A DNA stretch of 62,363 nt, filler included. It is 5 parts of 5 records of this genome, joined end to end, with 100 filler letters (N's around TTAATTAATTAA, not from the genome) between each part and the next. Parts side by side here need not be neighbours in the genome. Positions count along the whole stretch, not along the records: positions 32,006 to 50,813 come from SRR22947725_3759; positions 50,914 to 56,687 come from SRR22947725_3858; 3 more parts are not named here. The stretch is one strand, 5' to 3'. Shown piece after piece: positions 40,670 through 52,275 of the stretch. The translations under genes and the position numbers were made by a program. Each line of letters starts with the position of its first letter. The stretch's first letter is position 1. A model generated the notes under the pieces. The model did not search any database. It had not been told where the DNA came from and worked only from the letters and a program-made list of their open reading frames with translations.

Positions 40670-43600
40670 ATGTACCCAAAGCATAAAGATTCCAAATCTG
40701 GCCCTGTTGCCTCGCCGTCGTTTCCCGATGTCGAAAAAGAGGTGCTGGAGCACTGGGACAAGGACGGCACCTTCCAGGAGTCGATAGATCAGAGAGCGGC
40801 TTCAGGGGCCGAGGAATTCGTTTTCTATGACGGTCCTCCATTTGCTAACGGGCTCCCGCACTACGGGCACCTTCTTACCGGTTACACCAAGGACCTGGTT
40901 CCTAGGTTTCAGACGATGCGAGGCAGGCGGGTGGAGCGCCGTTTCGGTTGGGACACTCACGGGCTTCCAGCTGAGGTCGAGGCTGAGCGACTCTTGGGCA
41001 TCAGCGGTCGGCCCGAGATTGAGAAGTATGGGGTCGATAAGTTCAACGCCTTCTGCAAAACCTCGGTTCTGAAATACACCGAGGACTGGCGCAGCTATGT
41101 AACGCGCCAGGCAAGGTGGGTGGACTTTGACAATGACTACAAGACCCTGGACCAGAACTACACCGAGAGCGTGCTCTGGGCCTTTAAGGAGCTACACACC
41201 AAAGGCCTGATCTATGAAGGCTTTAAAGTCCTTGCCTACTGCTGGCGCTGTGAGACTCCACTTTCTAACCACGAACTCCGAATGGACGACGAGGTCTACA
41301 AAAACCGTCAGGACCAGTCGGTCACCGTCACCTTCCCAATCACAGAGCCTGGGCACGAACTTGATGGAGTAAATCTCTTGGCTTGGACCACAACTCCGTG
41401 GACCCTGCCCACTAACTTCGCTCTTGCGGTTGGACCGGAGATTACCTACGCGCTAGTAAATGCACCAAATAGCACTCTTGGTGCGGGCAAGTTCTTGATC
41501 GCACAGTCGCTGGTTGATGGCTACGCCAAAGAACTGGGGTTTGAATCCGCGGAAGAGGCAACAGAGGCCGTTGAGAAAACTCTTCTAGGAAATCAGTTGA
41601 AGGGTCTGCAATATGGGCGGCTATTCGACTTCTATGCCGATAGCGAGAAGTATGACGTCGCAAACTCATGGCAGATTCTCGTTGGGGAATACGTCACCGC
41701 AGACGAGGGCACCGGAATAGTTCATCAGGCCCCTGCTTATGGTGAGGACGACCAGCTGCTTTGCAATGCGGCAGGGATCCCCACCTACGTATCCATCAAC
41801 GAGCGCGGAGAGTTCAATTCACTGATTGCCCCATACGAGGGCCAACACGTTTTTGAGGCTAACAAGCCAATTACTCAAGACCTCAAGTCAATGGGCAGGC
41901 TTTTCCGTCAGGCCTCCTATGACCACAGCTACCCACACTGCTATCGCTGCAAGAACCCGCTGATCTATAAGGCAGTCTCTTCCTGGTTTGTTGAGACGAC
42001 GAAGATTCGCGACCGCATGCTCGAGCTCAACCAGGAGATTAACTGGGTTCCTGAGCACACCAAGAACGGCAGCTTTGGCAAGTGGCTTGAAAACGTTCGG
42101 GACTGGGCAATTTCTCGAAACCGTTTCTGGGGAGCTCCAATACCGGTCTGGAAGTCGGATGACCCTAACTACCCAAGAATCGATGTCTACGGCTCCCTAG
42201 ATGATCTCGAGCGAGACTTCGGTGTCCGCCCGGATGACTTCCACAGACCCGTAATCGATGAGCTAACCAGGCCGAACCCTGACGACCCAACGGGCAAGTC
42301 CACCATGCGAAGAGTCCCAGAGGTCCTCGACTGCTGGTTCGAGTCCGGTTCCATGCCTTTTGCTCAGGTCCACTACCCATTTGAGAACCAAGAGTGGTTC
42401 GACAGCCACTTCCCCGGAGACTTCATCGTCGAATACGTGGGTCAGACCAGGGGCTGGTTCTACACTTTGCATGTTCTCTCAACGGCCCTATTTGATCGTC
42501 CCGCATTCAAAAACGCCATCAGCCACGGCATTGTGCTTGGCAATGACGGACAGAAAATGTCCAAATCGCTGAGGAACTATCCGGATGTGAACGAGGTCTT
42601 CGATCGGGACGGCTCGGACGCCATGCGTTGGTTTCTGATGTCTTCACCGATTTTGCGCGGCGGCAATATCGCTGTCACCGAGCAGGGAATTCGAGAGGGA
42701 GTGCGGCAAGCGCTCTTGCCTCTATGGAATAGCTATTACTTCTTTGCTCTCTATGCCAATGCCGCAGGTTACGAGGCATCGCCCTCTCACGCCTCTACTC
42801 AGCTACTAGATCGCTACATCATGGCCAAGAGCGCTGAGGTCATTGAGCTCATGCAAGACGATCTTGACAACTTTGACAGCTTCCAGGCCTCTGCCCGGCT
42901 GCGCGACTTCGCTGAGGTTCTAACCAACTGGTACATCAGGCGGTCAAGAGATCGCTTCTGGGAGGGTGACAAGGACGCTTTCGACACTCTCTACACGGTC
43001 TTGGAGGCCGTCCTTAGGGCCGCGGCACCGCTAATCCCAATAGTCTCTGAGGAGATGTGGCGCGGGCTGACAGGGGGCAGGTCGGTCCACCTCACATCCT
43101 GGCCGGATGCCGGAGAGTTCCCCAAGGACTCAGAGCTTGTTAGAGACATGGACGCAATCAGGGAAGGAGCTTCGGTCGCACTGTCACTTCGCAAGGCAGC
43201 TGGGCTGAGGGTGAGGCTGCCACTCAGCGAGCTCACAGTCGCCGTCACAGAGCCCGAGAGCCTCAGGGCCTATTCCGATCTCTTGGCGGATGAGCTGAAC
43301 GTCAAGCAGGTGACCGTGGTCGCGGCCACAGAGGACGTTGCCTCCTCGTTTGGCCTAACTAAGTCCCTAGTTGTGAATGCCAGGGCCCTCGGCCCCAGGC
43401 TGGGTGGCGCAGTGCAAGAGGTGATCAAACTGGCCAAGGCCGGTGAGTGGAAACTCGAGGGTGAGCAGCTGATAGTTGGCGAACACACTCTCGTTGCTGG
43501 TGAATACGAGATCTCCATGGTTGCAAGCGATGACTCAGAGGGCAGCAGCGTTGGCATCACCTCACAAGGTTTTGTGCTGCTAAACACCATTGTCACCAAA

Positions 43601-43861
43601 GAGCTTGCCAATGAGGGAATTGCCCGCGATGCAGTTAGGCACATCCAGCAGGCTCGAAAGGACGCTGGCCTTGACGTCTCAGATCGCATCAGCTTGAAGC
43701 TGGTTGCAGATAGTGAATCACAGCTTGCATTGAGTGAACACCGGGACTTTGTGGCAAAGGAAACACTTGCTGAGAGTCTGGAGATTCTCTCTGGGGAACC
43801 GGGCGCTGAGCTTTCGGTGGGAGAGAACGGGGCCATCGAGATAGAGCTAGCGAAGAAGTGA
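40670..43861 (+). CDS. ileS: Isoleucine--tRNA ligase type 2
   Basis: [34 protein letters not shown]; in-frame ATG 40670 preferred over TTG 40637. Confidence 0.96.
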   Translation: MYPKHKDSKSGPVASPSFPDVEKEVLEHWDKDGTFQESIDQRAASGAEEFVFYDGPPFANGLPHYGHLLTGYTKDLVPRFQTMRGRRVERRFGWDTHGLPAEVEAERLLGISGRPEIEKYGVDKFNAFCKTSVLKYTEDWRSYVTRQARWVDFDNDYKTLDQNYTESVLWAFKELHTKGLIYEGFKVLAYCWRCETPLSNHELRMDDEVYKNRQDQSVTVTFPITEPGHELDGVNLLAWTTTPWTLPTNFALAVGPEITYALVNAPNSTLGAGKFLIAQSLVDGYAKELGFESAEEATEAVEKTLLGNQLKGLQYGRLFDFYADSEKYDVANSWQILVGEYVTADEGTGIVHQAPAYGEDDQLLCNAAGIPTYVSINERGEFNSLIAPYEGQHVFEANKPITQDLKSMGRLFRQASYDHSYPHCYRCKNPLIYKAVSSWFVETTKIRDRMLELNQEINWVPEHTKNGSFGKWLENVRDWAISRNRFWGAPIPVWKSDDPNYPRIDVYGSLDDLERDFGVRPDDFHRPVIDELTRPNPDDPTGKSTMRRVPEVLDCWFESGSMPFAQVHYPFENQEWFDSHFPGDFIVEYVGQTRGWFYTLHVLSTALFDRPAFKNAISHGIVLGNDGQKMSKSLRNYPDVNEVFDRDGSDAMRWFLMSSPILRGGNIAVTEQGIREGVRQALLPLWNSYYFFALYANAAGYEASPSHASTQLLDRYIMAKSAEVIELMQDDLDNFDSFQASARLRDFAEVLTNWYIRRSRDRFWEGDKDAFDTLYTVLEAVLRAAAPLIPIVSEEMWRGLTGGRSVHLTSWPDAGEFPKDSELVRDMDAIREGASVALSLRKAAGLRVRLPLSELTVAVTEPESLRAYSDLLADELNVKQVTVVAATEDVASSFGLTKSLVVNARALGPRLGGAVQEVIKLAKAGEWKLEGEQLIVGEHTLVAGEYEISMVASDDSEGSSVGITSQGFVLLNTIVTKELANEGIARDAVRHIQQARKDAGLDVSDRISLKLVADSESQLALSEHRDFVAKETLAESLEILSGEPGAELSVGENGAIEIELAKK

Positions 43862-45183
43862 GCTCGATAGCTGAGCGCATGGCCGAGGTCGTGCAGGAGC
43901 TCTACGCACGCAAGCCTGAGAACCAGATGCGTCCAAGGCTAGAGCCCACCAGACTGGCCGTTGAGCTAATGGGTAATCCGCAGCACGCCTACCCCGTCAT
44001 CCACCTCACGGGGACAAACGGTAAGACCTCGACCGCAAGAATCATCGAGAGAATTTTGCGGGAGATGGGGCTTAGGACCGGCCGCGTCACCTCGCCGCAT
44101 TTGATCAGCTTCAACGAGCGCATCTCTTTAGACGGTGACCCTGTTAGTGACGAGGTCTTTGTTGAGAACTACGAGCAGAACAAGCCGCTGCTTGATTTGA
44201 TTGATGCCCAGCTTGCCCAGCAGTCAGAGGCTCCGCTTACGTTCTTTGAAGCCTTTACCGCGCTGTCCTTTCAGCTCTTCGCCGATGCTCCAATTGACGT
44301 GTTGGTCTTGGAGGTCGGAATTGGTGGGGAGTGGGACTCAACGAATGTGGCCGATGGTGAGGTCGCAGTATTCACCTCGATAGACCTTGACCACACCAAG
44401 ACCCTCGGCGACACGGTTGAGGAAATTGCACAGACCAAAGCCGGCATCATCAAGGACAAGTCGGTGGTCGTCTCAAGCGCTCAATGGGAGAGTGTTGAGG
44501 AGATCATTCGCTCTCGGGCCAAGCAGGATTATCACTTTGCAGGCCAATCTTTCGAGCTGCTGGGCGCGCAACCCGACGGCTACGGCACAAGATTCAGCGT
44601 TCGAGGGATTGTGGGAAGCTACCCAGATCTCTGGATGCCGGTAATCGGCGAGCACCAGGCCGAGAACGCAGCAACAGCAATTGCGGCGGTTGAGATGTTT
44701 CTTGGCGGAAGAGCAATCGCAGACGAGGTGCTGAGGTCGGCTCTTGCAGACTCTTTGAGCCCTGGAAGGCTGCAGGTTGTCTCTAAGGAGCCACTGATTG
44801 TTCTGGACGGTGCGCACAACCCCGCAGGTCTTAGGTCTCTCAGACGCTCCAGCCAGTGGCATTTCAAACCCGAACGAACAGTTGCACTGGTCGCGATGCT
44901 CTCCGATAAGGACATCGATTCAGCAGCTGTAGTTCTGGCGGAGACCTTTGACGATCTAATCGTCACCGAGGTTGAAGGGCCCAGGGCTCTAGCAGCTAAC
45001 GCGCTGGCTGAGGTGCTACGCGCAAAGGGTGCGAATGTGGTCGACGTTGATGTCGCAATTTCGTCGGCCTACAAGAAGGCATCTAGGCTTGCAGGGGAAG
45101 ATGCCATGTTCGTAACTGGTTCTTTGTATTTAGTTGGCGCAGTTCTAGAGATGCTGCAGGAGGAGCTTGATGAAGAAGACTAA
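43858..45183 (+). CDS. folC: Folylpolyglutamate synthase / dihydrofolate synthase
   Basis: [34 protein letters not shown]. Confidence 0.95.
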   Translation: MSSIAERMAEVVQELYARKPENQMRPRLEPTRLAVELMGNPQHAYPVIHLTGTNGKTSTARIIERILREMGLRTGRVTSPHLISFNERISLDGDPVSDEVFVENYEQNKPLLDLIDAQLAQQSEAPLTFFEAFTALSFQLFADAPIDVLVLEVGIGGEWDSTNVADGEVAVFTSIDLDHTKTLGDTVEEIAQTKAGIIKDKSVVVSSAQWESVEEIIRSRAKQDYHFAGQSFELLGAQPDGYGTRFSVRGIVGSYPDLWMPVIGEHQAENAATAIAAVEMFLGGRAIADEVLRSALADSLSPGRLQVVSKEPLIVLDGAHNPAGLRSLRRSSQWHFKPERTVALVAMLSDKDIDSAAVVLAETFDDLIVTEVEGPRALAANALAEVLRAKGANVVDVDVAISSAYKKASRLAGEDAMFVTGSLYLVGAVLEMLQEELDEED

Positions 45184-45580
45184 AAGCTCTAAGCGGGCTC
45201 TTGCCTCGATTGTGTTGAGCTTTGAGTCCTTTGTAATCTTTTTTGCAACCCTGGCCGCATTCGGTCTAAAAGGCGCTGATCCCGCAAGCAATCTTCCCGA
45301 CACCACTGCCATCTGGGCTATCGGCCTGAGCTTTGCAATCGCGGCTATCTTGACTCCAGCGCTCCTGCGCTCACCTGCCGGATACTTCGTCGGTTGGGTA
45401 ATTCAGGCTGCACTGCTGGTCAGTGGTTTCTGGCTCTGGGGGATGTTCCTGATTGGAGCGATTCTTGTGGGGCTATGGGTTTGGGCGCTGATTGCAGGCG
45501 GCACGATTGACAAGGCGCGAGAGAATTACAACAAGATGATGGGAGAGTCCGGTGCAGACACTGGTGCTAATCAAGCCTGA
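45167..45580 (+). CDS. DUF4233-type membrane protein
   Basis: Hydrophobic; conserved folC-X-ndk position in Actinobacteria. Confidence 0.8.
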   Translation: MMKKTKSSKRALASIVLSFESFVIFFATLAAFGLKGADPASNLPDTTAIWAIGLSFAIAAILTPALLRSPAGYFVGWVIQAALLVSGFWLWGMFLIGAILVGLWVWALIAGGTIDKARENYNKMMGESGADTGANQA

Positions 45581-45956
45581 TGGCGTGAAGCGAAATCTAG
45601 TTGGCGAAATAATCGCTCGCTGCGAGCGCAAGGGCTACAACATCGCCGACATGAAGCTTGTCGAGCCCTCGAGAGAGCTACTTGCCAAGCACTACGCCGA
45701 GCACGAGGGTAAGCCCTTCTATGAGCCGCTAATGGAGTTCATGCTCTCTGGCCCGGTCGTGGCAATCAAGCTCGAAGGAGAGCGAGTTGTTGAGGGTTTC
45801 AGGTCGCTAGCCGGGGCCACAGACCCCACCGTCGCAGCTCCTGGGACCATCAGGGGAGACTTGTCCAGGGACTGGGGCACAAAAGTAATCCAGAACCTGG
45901 TGCACGGCTCCGATTCTGAGGAAACCGCCAAGCGCGAGCTTGAGATCTGGTTCTAA
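45552..45956 (+). CDS. ndk: Nucleoside diphosphate kinase
   Basis: TLVLIKPDG, PGTIRGD, NLVHGSDS. Confidence 0.97.
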   Translation: MQTLVLIKPDGVKRNLVGEIIARCERKGYNIADMKLVEPSRELLAKHYAEHEGKPFYEPLMEFMLSGPVVAIKLEGERVVEGFRSLAGATDPTVAAPGTIRGDLSRDWGTKVIQNLVHGSDSEETAKRELEIWF

Positions 45957-46522
45957 AAGAGCGTGGGCCAGTAGTCCCAGAAGTAGACCAAAATAACGCC
46001 TGAGAGCCCGGCGTAGGTGACAAGGGTTAGCACCCACGCCCACTCGTAGATGAACTCACCTGCGGGTGTAAACCTCGCGCCAAGATGGCCATCTTTTCCG
46101 GCCTTGCCGAATATGCCCCAGAAGAGCGGGATAGTTGCCGTCCACGCCACCATGCAGTAAATGCAAAGTGATCCAATTGAGAAAACGCTCTGACTGAAAA
46201 GCCAGAAAACAAATGCCATAGCCAAGACGTGACCCGCTAAAAGCCCCTGCCAGAACCAGCTGGCAAACTTTGCGCCGGCCAGCATCGCAAAACCAACCAG
46301 CACGGGCGCAAAAAACGCCGCCAGTCCAAGTAGCGGATTTGGAAATCCGAATAGGGCCGCTTGCTCGGAGAGCATCACTGACTTACAGCTGATAAATGGC
46401 GATATGTCACAAGCCGTTGCTGCCCCAGGATCACCGGCAACCTTGATGCGCTCTAGGGTGAGACCGAAGCTCGCGATCCAGCCCATCGCGCCAAAGCCAA
46501 TGAGGAAAAAAGGAAACAGCAT
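45953..46522 (-). CDS. Vitamin K epoxide reductase (VKOR) family protein
   Basis: CDISPFISC loop, FGFPNP, CIYC active site. Confidence 0.92.
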   Translation of the reverse strand: MLFPFFLIGFGAMGWIASFGLTLERIKVAGDPGAATACDISPFISCKSVMLSEQAALFGFPNPLLGLAAFFAPVLVGFAMLAGAKFASWFWQGLLAGHVLAMAFVFWLFSQSVFSIGSLCIYCMVAWTATIPLFWGIFGKAGKDGHLGARFTPAGEFIYEWAWVLTLVTYAGLSGVILVYFWDYWPTLF

Positions 46523-46699
46523 GCTGGGATTATCGCATTTTTATAACGTTCATGGCATACTTCAAGGTAGATGCGAACACACTCGCATCGAAGGATTTTC
46601 ACCACAAGTTGCTGGTGACACTGAGAATTAGATTCAGGCTGCGGCTCGAATCACGACAAATGACCTAGAGGGTGTGAACCTCAGGCCATGAGGCATAAC

Positions 46700-48550
46700 T
46701 TGGCTAAGAAAAAAGAAGAGCCGAAGAAGCCGCTGGCAACCCAGCTACTCTTCCAGGCCCCAGATCTCCCTACCCCCGTGGTGAATCCACGCTCGGGTAA
46801 ACCCGCCGAAGAGGCAAAACCTGAACCAAAGCGGCGCGAGCGCACCCGAAAGGAAGCTCCGAAGGAGCGCGCGAAGCCCGCGACAAGGGAAAAGAAGGAA
46901 GAGGCGGACTCATCTACCCGCGTCGAGGCGAAGCGCCAGCGCAGGAGAGATTCGCGTGACACCGGGCGCCGCCGCTCAACGATTACCGAGAGTGAGTTTC
47001 TCGCCAGGCGCGAGTCAGTAGACCGCAAGATGATCGTGCGAGAGGTTGATGAGCGCGTTCAGATTGGTGTTCTCGAGGACGGTCAGCTGGTAGAGCACTA
47101 TGTCACAGAGACTCAGGGCGCCTCGATAATTGGCAATGTCTATCTCGGAAAAGTTCAAAACGTGCTGCCCTCCATGGAGGCTGCGTTTGTCGACATTGGT
47201 CGCGGTCGCAATGCAGTTCTTTATTCCGGTGAGGTCGACTGGGAGGCTGCTGAAACTGGCAACCAACCAAGGCGCATCGAGCTAGCCCTCAAGTCTGGCG
47301 ATCAGGTTCTGGTGCAGGTCACAAAGGATCCGGTTGGACAAAAGGGTGCCCGGCTTACCTCTCAGATCTCGCTACCTGGGCGCTTCCTGGTTTATGTTCC
47401 AGGTGGAAACATGTCTGGCATTTCCAGAAAGCTTCCAGAGGGAGAGCGTCAGCGTCTAAAGCAGATTCTCAAGAACACGCTTCCCGAAGATGCTGGCGTC
47501 ATTGTCCGCACGGCCGCTGAGGGTGCCTCTGAGGAACAGTTGATTCTTGACGTTCAGCGCCTTCAGACCCAGTGGGAAGAGATCACCAGGCAGGCTGAGA
47601 CAGGGAAAGCACCAGCCACCCTTCACAGCGAGCCAGACCTTCTAGTCAAAATCATCCGAGACGTCTTCAATGAAGACTTCCAGGAGCTGGTTATCAGTGG
47701 CAAGCGGGCCAATGAGACCATTCGCGAGTACCTGCAGGCGGTAGCCCCTGACCTCATGGAGCGGGTTGTCGAGTACAAAAAGAAGATAGATATCTTCGAC
47801 ACTTATTTCATTGGCGATCAGATTGCCAAGGCCTTAGATCGCAAGGTTTATCTGCCATCAGGCGGCTCGCTGGTGATTGATCGAACTGAGGCCATGACCG
47901 TGGTTGACGTCAACACCGGAAAGTTCATTGGCTCAGGCGGAAACCTCGAGGAAACGGTCACCAAAAACAACCTCGAAGCAGCTGAGGAGCTAGTTCGTCA
48001 GCTACGCCTTCGGGACATCGGCGGCATCATCGTCATTGATTTCATCGACATGATTCAGGACGCAAACCAGGAATCTGTTCGCAGGAGACTGCTTGAGTGC
48101 CTCAGTCGCGATAGGACCAAGAACCAGGTCGGTGAGATTACCTCACTTGGCCTTGTTCAGATGACACGCAAGAAGATAGGCCTTGGGCTTCTAGAAACCT
48201 TCAGTGAGCCGTGTGAGTGCTGCGCTGGTAGGGGAGTGGTGGTTCACGAAGAGCCAAGGTTCCGCTCGCAGGAAACTCCTAAGCGAGGGAGTAAGAAGAA
48301 GGCTGAGAAGCCCGAAGTCGTCAAGAAGGTGGTCACCGCGGAGCAGGCTGATGCGGCAAAGGACGTTTTCAACAAGATGGCCGGCGTCACCCCAACTGAG
48401 GCCAAAGAGCCTGAGGGCAAGACCGAGATGCTAAATGCTGTCTTGGAGGCCCTCCCTGAGCCCACACCAAAGGCGAAGCCCAAGTCTCGACGTGCCACAA
48501 GTACGGTAAAAAAGCCAAGGGCAAAAAAGGCAGAAAAAGAAACTGAATAG
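46700..48550 (+). CDS. rne: Ribonuclease E/G family
   Basis: GNVYLGKV..LPSMEAAFVDIG (S1), DVNTG, LRLRDIGGIIVIDFID, CECC; TTG start after GAGG (ATG 46688 is the alternative). Confidence 0.93.
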   Translation: MAKKKEEPKKPLATQLLFQAPDLPTPVVNPRSGKPAEEAKPEPKRRERTRKEAPKERAKPATREKKEEADSSTRVEAKRQRRRDSRDTGRRRSTITESEFLARRESVDRKMIVREVDERVQIGVLEDGQLVEHYVTETQGASIIGNVYLGKVQNVLPSMEAAFVDIGRGRNAVLYSGEVDWEAAETGNQPRRIELALKSGDQVLVQVTKDPVGQKGARLTSQISLPGRFLVYVPGGNMSGISRKLPEGERQRLKQILKNTLPEDAGVIVRTAAEGASEEQLILDVQRLQTQWEEITRQAETGKAPATLHSEPDLLVKIIRDVFNEDFQELVISGKRANETIREYLQAVAPDLMERVVEYKKKIDIFDTYFIGDQIAKALDRKVYLPSGGSLVIDRTEAMTVVDVNTGKFIGSGGNLEETVTKNNLEAAEELVRQLRLRDIGGIIVIDFIDMIQDANQESVRRRLLECLSRDRTKNQVGEITSLGLVQMTRKKIGLGLLETFSEPCECCAGRGVVVHEEPRFRSQETPKRGSKKKAEKPEVVKKVVTAEQADAAKDVFNKMAGVTPTEAKEPEGKTEMLNAVLEALPEPTPKAKPKSRRATSTVKKPRAKKAEKETE

Positions 48551-48563
48551 GGTCTTCAACTTG

Positions 48564-48592
48564 TTGACCGAAGCTCCAAACTTCACTAAACT
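48564..48592 (+). promoter_or_regulatory. Housekeeping-sigma promoter for rplU-rpmA
   Basis: TTGACC-17 nt-TAAACT. Confidence 0.65.
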
Positions 48593-48651
48593 TAGCCGCT
48601 GTTGCTCGTCCAGCTTTGGATGAGAGATATCCCGTAAAGATAGGTTTCAAA

Positions 48652-48957
48652 GTGGTTTACGCAGTAGTACGCGCAGGCGGCCGCCAGGAAAAGGTTGAGG
48701 TCGGCACGATCGTCACCATGAACCGCATTGCCGCGACCTCAGGAACGATTGAACTTCCAGCCCTGCTTTTGGTAGATGGCGAGAAGGTGACCAGCGATGC
48801 TAAGGCACTGGCGAAGGTGAAGGTCGTCGCAGAGGTTTTGGACCAGACGCGTGGACCAAAGATTGTTATCCAGAAGTACAAGAACAAGACCGGTTACAAA
48901 AAGCGTCAGGGTCACCGTCAGGATCTGACCCGCGTTCAGGTCACCGAGATCAAGTAG
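48652..48957 (+). CDS. rplU: 50S ribosomal protein L21
   Basis: [24 protein letters not shown] start 48652. Confidence 0.97.
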   Translation: MVYAVVRAGGRQEKVEVGTIVTMNRIAATSGTIELPALLLVDGEKVTSDAKALAKVKVVAEVLDQTRGPKIVIQKYKNKTGYKKRQGHRQDLTRVQVTEIK

Positions 48958-48967
48958 GCAGGTAGAA

Positions 48968-49219
48968 ATGGCATCCAAAAAGGGAGTTAGCTCCACCAGG
49001 AACGGTCGCGACTCAAACGCGCAGCGTCTAGGCGTGAAGCGTCACGATGGCCAGCAGGTAAATGCCGGTGAGATTCTCGTTCGCCAGCGCGGAACCCACT
49101 TTCACCCGGGTGTGAACGTCGGCCGTGGCAAGGACGACACTCTGTTTGCACTCTCCGCCGGTGCAGTTGAGTTCGGTGCCAAGGCAGGACGCCGCGTAGT
49201 AAACGTGGTTTCCCAGTAA
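48968..49219 (+). CDS. rpmA: 50S ribosomal protein L27
   Basis: [24 protein letters not shown]. Confidence 0.98.
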   Translation: MASKKGVSSTRNGRDSNAQRLGVKRHDGQQVNAGEILVRQRGTHFHPGVNVGRGKDDTLFALSAGAVEFGAKAGRRVVNVVSQ

Positions 49220-49234
49220 CACAAAGATTTGATT

Positions 49235-49262
49235 GAGGCGGGCCTTCGGGTCCGCCTCTTTT
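49235..49262 (+). terminator. Rho-independent terminator after rpmA
   Basis: GAGGCGGGCC-TTCG-GGTCCGCCTC-TTTT. Confidence 0.85.
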
Positions 49263-49277
49263 AGTTAGAGGAGCATT

Positions 49278-50774
49278 ATGGTCAGCTTCATTGATCAAGT
49301 TACGCTCCATTTGCGCGCCGGTTCCGGTGGCAACGGCTGCACCAGCATCAAGCGTGAGAAGTACAAACCGCTCGCAGGTCCAGATGGCGGTAACGGCGGC
49401 GACGGCGGGTCAATCTCCCTTATCTCTGACAACAACGTCACCACGCTGTTGGAATACCACCACAGGCCTCACCGCTCATCCGATTCCGGTGGGAACGGCC
49501 AGGGTGACTTTAACAACGGATACCGAGGTGAGAACCTTGTGCTGCCCGTGCCGGTCGGCACTGTCGTCAAGTCCCCAGCAGGAGAAATTCTTGCCGATCT
49601 CGCACACCCAGGCATGGAGCTGCTGGTTGCCAAGGGTGGTCAGGGCGGGCTTGGAAATGCCGCACTGGCAAGCCGCAAAAGGATTGCGCCTGGTTTCCAC
49701 CTTCTCGGGGTCCCGGGTTGGCAAGGAGATGTGGTTCTTGAGCTGAAGACGGTTGCAGATATTGCCCTAGTCGGTTTCCCCTCGGCAGGAAAGTCCTCGC
49801 TAATCGCTGCCATGAGCGCGGCCAGGCCCAAGATTGCCGATTACCCTTTCACAACCCTGCATCCAAACCTTGGTGTGGTGCAGGCCGGCGACAAGCGCTA
49901 CACCATTGCGGACGTTCCTGGTCTCATCGAGGGTGCAAGCGAGGGTAAGGGGCTCGGTCTTGAGTTCCTTCGGCACGTCGAGCGATGCAGCGCCCTTTGC
50001 CACGTAATCGACTGCGCCACTTTGGAAAATGGTCGCGACCCAGTGAGCGATCTCAAAGTGATTCTTGAGGAGCTTGAGAAGTACGAGGTCCCCCAGGGGC
50101 AGACGCCGCTTATTGAAAGACCACAGGTCGTGGTTCTCAACAAGATCGACATTCCGGATGCGAAGGAGCTGGCTGACTTTGTGCAAAAGGACTTTGAGGA
50201 GCTTGGCTATCCGGTCTATCAGGTTTCGACCGCCACCCATGCAGGCCTCAAGGAGCTCGGCTTTGCCCTAGGAATGCTTGCCCAGGAGGGTCGTTCACAA
50301 GTGACTGAGGAGACCTCTAGGCGCTTCTCACTGCTACAAACTCAGCCTGAAACCTCAACCTTCAGCGTCACCCGAGAACAGATTGGTGACGAAGAGATAT
50401 TCAGGGTGGTTGGCCAGAAGCCAGAGCGCTGGGTTGCTCAAACAGAGTTTGGTAATGCTGAGGCCGTTGGCTATCTCGCCGAGAGACTTCACAAGCTTGG
50501 TGTCGAGGATCAGCTCACTAAGCTGGGCGCTCGCTCCGGTTCGACAGTGATTGTGGGTTCCGGAGACGGTGTTGTCTTCGATTGGGACCCGATGATTTCA
50601 TCTCTTGCCGAAATGGCTGATGCTCGTGAGGTGGCTGAAAGAATTGACCCCAACGATCGTCGCACCAACAAACAGCGAAGAGCTGAGTATTACGAAATGA
50701 TGGACGAGCGCGCAAAGGGTCGTGCAGAGCGAGAGGCTGTGCGCGAATCAAGCATTTTCACGGAGGAAGAGTGA
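49278..50774 (+). CDS. obgE: GTPase ObgE
   Basis: Gly-rich Obg fold, GFPSAGKS, YPFTT, DVPG, NKID. Confidence 0.97.
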   Translation: MVSFIDQVTLHLRAGSGGNGCTSIKREKYKPLAGPDGGNGGDGGSISLISDNNVTTLLEYHHRPHRSSDSGGNGQGDFNNGYRGENLVLPVPVGTVVKSPAGEILADLAHPGMELLVAKGGQGGLGNAALASRKRIAPGFHLLGVPGWQGDVVLELKTVADIALVGFPSAGKSSLIAAMSAARPKIADYPFTTLHPNLGVVQAGDKRYTIADVPGLIEGASEGKGLGLEFLRHVERCSALCHVIDCATLENGRDPVSDLKVILEELEKYEVPQGQTPLIERPQVVVLNKIDIPDAKELADFVQKDFEELGYPVYQVSTATHAGLKELGFALGMLAQEGRSQVTEETSRRFSLLQTQPETSTFSVTREQIGDEEIFRVVGQKPERWVAQTEFGNAEAVGYLAERLHKLGVEDQLTKLGARSGSTVIVGSGDGVVFDWDPMISSLAEMADAREVAERIDPNDRRTNKQRRAEYYEMMDERAKGRAEREAVRESSIFTEEE

Positions 50775-50813
50775 GAACCGCAGAACGATTGGCTGAGGCC
50801 AAGAGGATAGTCA
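50771..50813 (+). CDS. proB: Probable glutamate 5-kinase, first 14 codons only
   Basis: GTGA overlap with obgE; MRTAERLAEAKRIV resembles the ProB start; obgE-proB synteny. Confidence 0.5.
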
Positions 50814-50913
50814 NNNNNNNNNNNNNNNNNNNNNNNNNNNNNNNNNNNNNNNNNNNNTTAATTAATTAANNNNNNNNNNNNNNNNNNNNNNNNNNNNNNN
50901 NNNNNNNNNNNNN
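50814..50913. other. Artificial contig spacer
   Basis: 44 N + TTAATTAATTAA + 44 N. Confidence 0.99.
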
Positions 50914-51356
<443 letters not shown>

Positions 51357-51415
51357 TCATAATTAGGCTTGCAGTGCTCTTCAAGAGATTAATTTTTTAA
51401 TACAAGGAAATAATA

Positions 51416-51817
51416 ATGGAAAGCCTAAGTGAAAATAACTATTATGCGAATGACAATGCAACTTTTGGTGATCGCATTTATGCGGCGAGGGAAGCGGTTG
51501 GGTTAAGTCAATCTGCTTTAGCCATTAGATTAGGTGTGCAACTTAAAACGGTAAAAAAATGGGAAGAAGATATTACCGAACCTCGAGCTAATAAGTTGCA
51601 GATGATCTCAGGCTTGTTGAATATCTCAATTACATGGTTGCTAATAGGGGAGGGTATTGGGCCTCAAGACCCAGAATCAACAATGCCAATCTCAGCTGAT
51701 TTAAATGAAATATTAGTTGAATTACGGCATACTAAGTCTGAACTTTTACGTCTTACCAAACATTTAGATGTAGTCGATAAGAAGCTTAGGAAATTAGGAA
51801 ACAAACCTAGTGAATGA
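51416..51817 (+). CDS. XRE-family HTH regulator
   Basis: TFGDRI..AREAVGLSQ..WEED..EPRANKL..WLLIGEG. Confidence 0.88.
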   Translation: MESLSENNYYANDNATFGDRIYAAREAVGLSQSALAIRLGVQLKTVKKWEEDITEPRANKLQMISGLLNISITWLLIGEGIGPQDPESTMPISADLNEILVELRHTKSELLRLTKHLDVVDKKLRKLGNKPSE

Positions 51818-52058
51818 AATTAGAGAGATAAAACTTAAACGAATTCAAATGAGGTCTTGGCGTAGAGGTACAAAAGAGATGGATCTTATACTAGGAGGGT
51901 TCTCTGACTCTACGCTAAGCAGTCTTTCAGATGATGACCTTTCACTTTATGACAAGCTATTAGACGAAAATGATAATGATTTGTATTCTTGGTGTTCTGG
52001 GCAGCTGATTGCACCCTCCGTTTATACATCTTTATTAAATAGAATTATGAAAAATTAG
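51810..52058 (+). CDS. sdhE: Succinate dehydrogenase FAD assembly factor (SdhE/Sdh5)
   Basis: RSWRRGTKEMDLILG (RGxxE motif). Confidence 0.9.
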   Translation: MNEIREIKLKRIQMRSWRRGTKEMDLILGGFSDSTLSSLSDDDLSLYDKLLDENDNDLYSWCSGQLIAPSVYTSLLNRIMKN

Positions 52059-52089
52059 ATTTAATGTATTAATCGTTAAGTAAAGAAGT

Positions 52090-52245
52090 TTATTTTTTTT
52101 GAATTTTATGCATTGCCTCTTGAAGCTTTTTTTTTACCTTATTTGATTTTACTAACGTTAATATTACGAAGCAGGTTATTACTATTAGAGAAATAACGTA
52201 TGCACTTATTACCGTAGTACTATAGTTTCCAAGATCGGGCATCAT
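52090..52245 (-). CDS. ccmD: Heme exporter protein D
   Basis: Hand translation, 51 aa: MMPDLGNYSTTVISAYVISLIVITCFVILTLVKSNKVKKKLQEAMHKIQKK; single TM plus basic tail, directly after ccmC. Confidence 0.85.
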   Translation of the reverse strand: MMPDLGNYSTTVISAYVISLIVITCFVILTLVKSNKVKKKLQEAMHKIQKK

Positions 52246-52275
52246 AAAAATATATTCCTATTAGAGAGTTGTAGA

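Noticed and set aside
40670-43861. IleRS2 as an acquired mupirocin-resistance gene
   Set aside because: Type 2 IleRS is the normal housekeeping form in Actinobacteria and sits in core ileS-folC-ndk synteny.
32465-50751. Many overlapping 60-190 aa ORFs in the actinobacterial contig
   Set aside because: Antisense or frame shadows of core genes in higher-GC DNA; no motifs.
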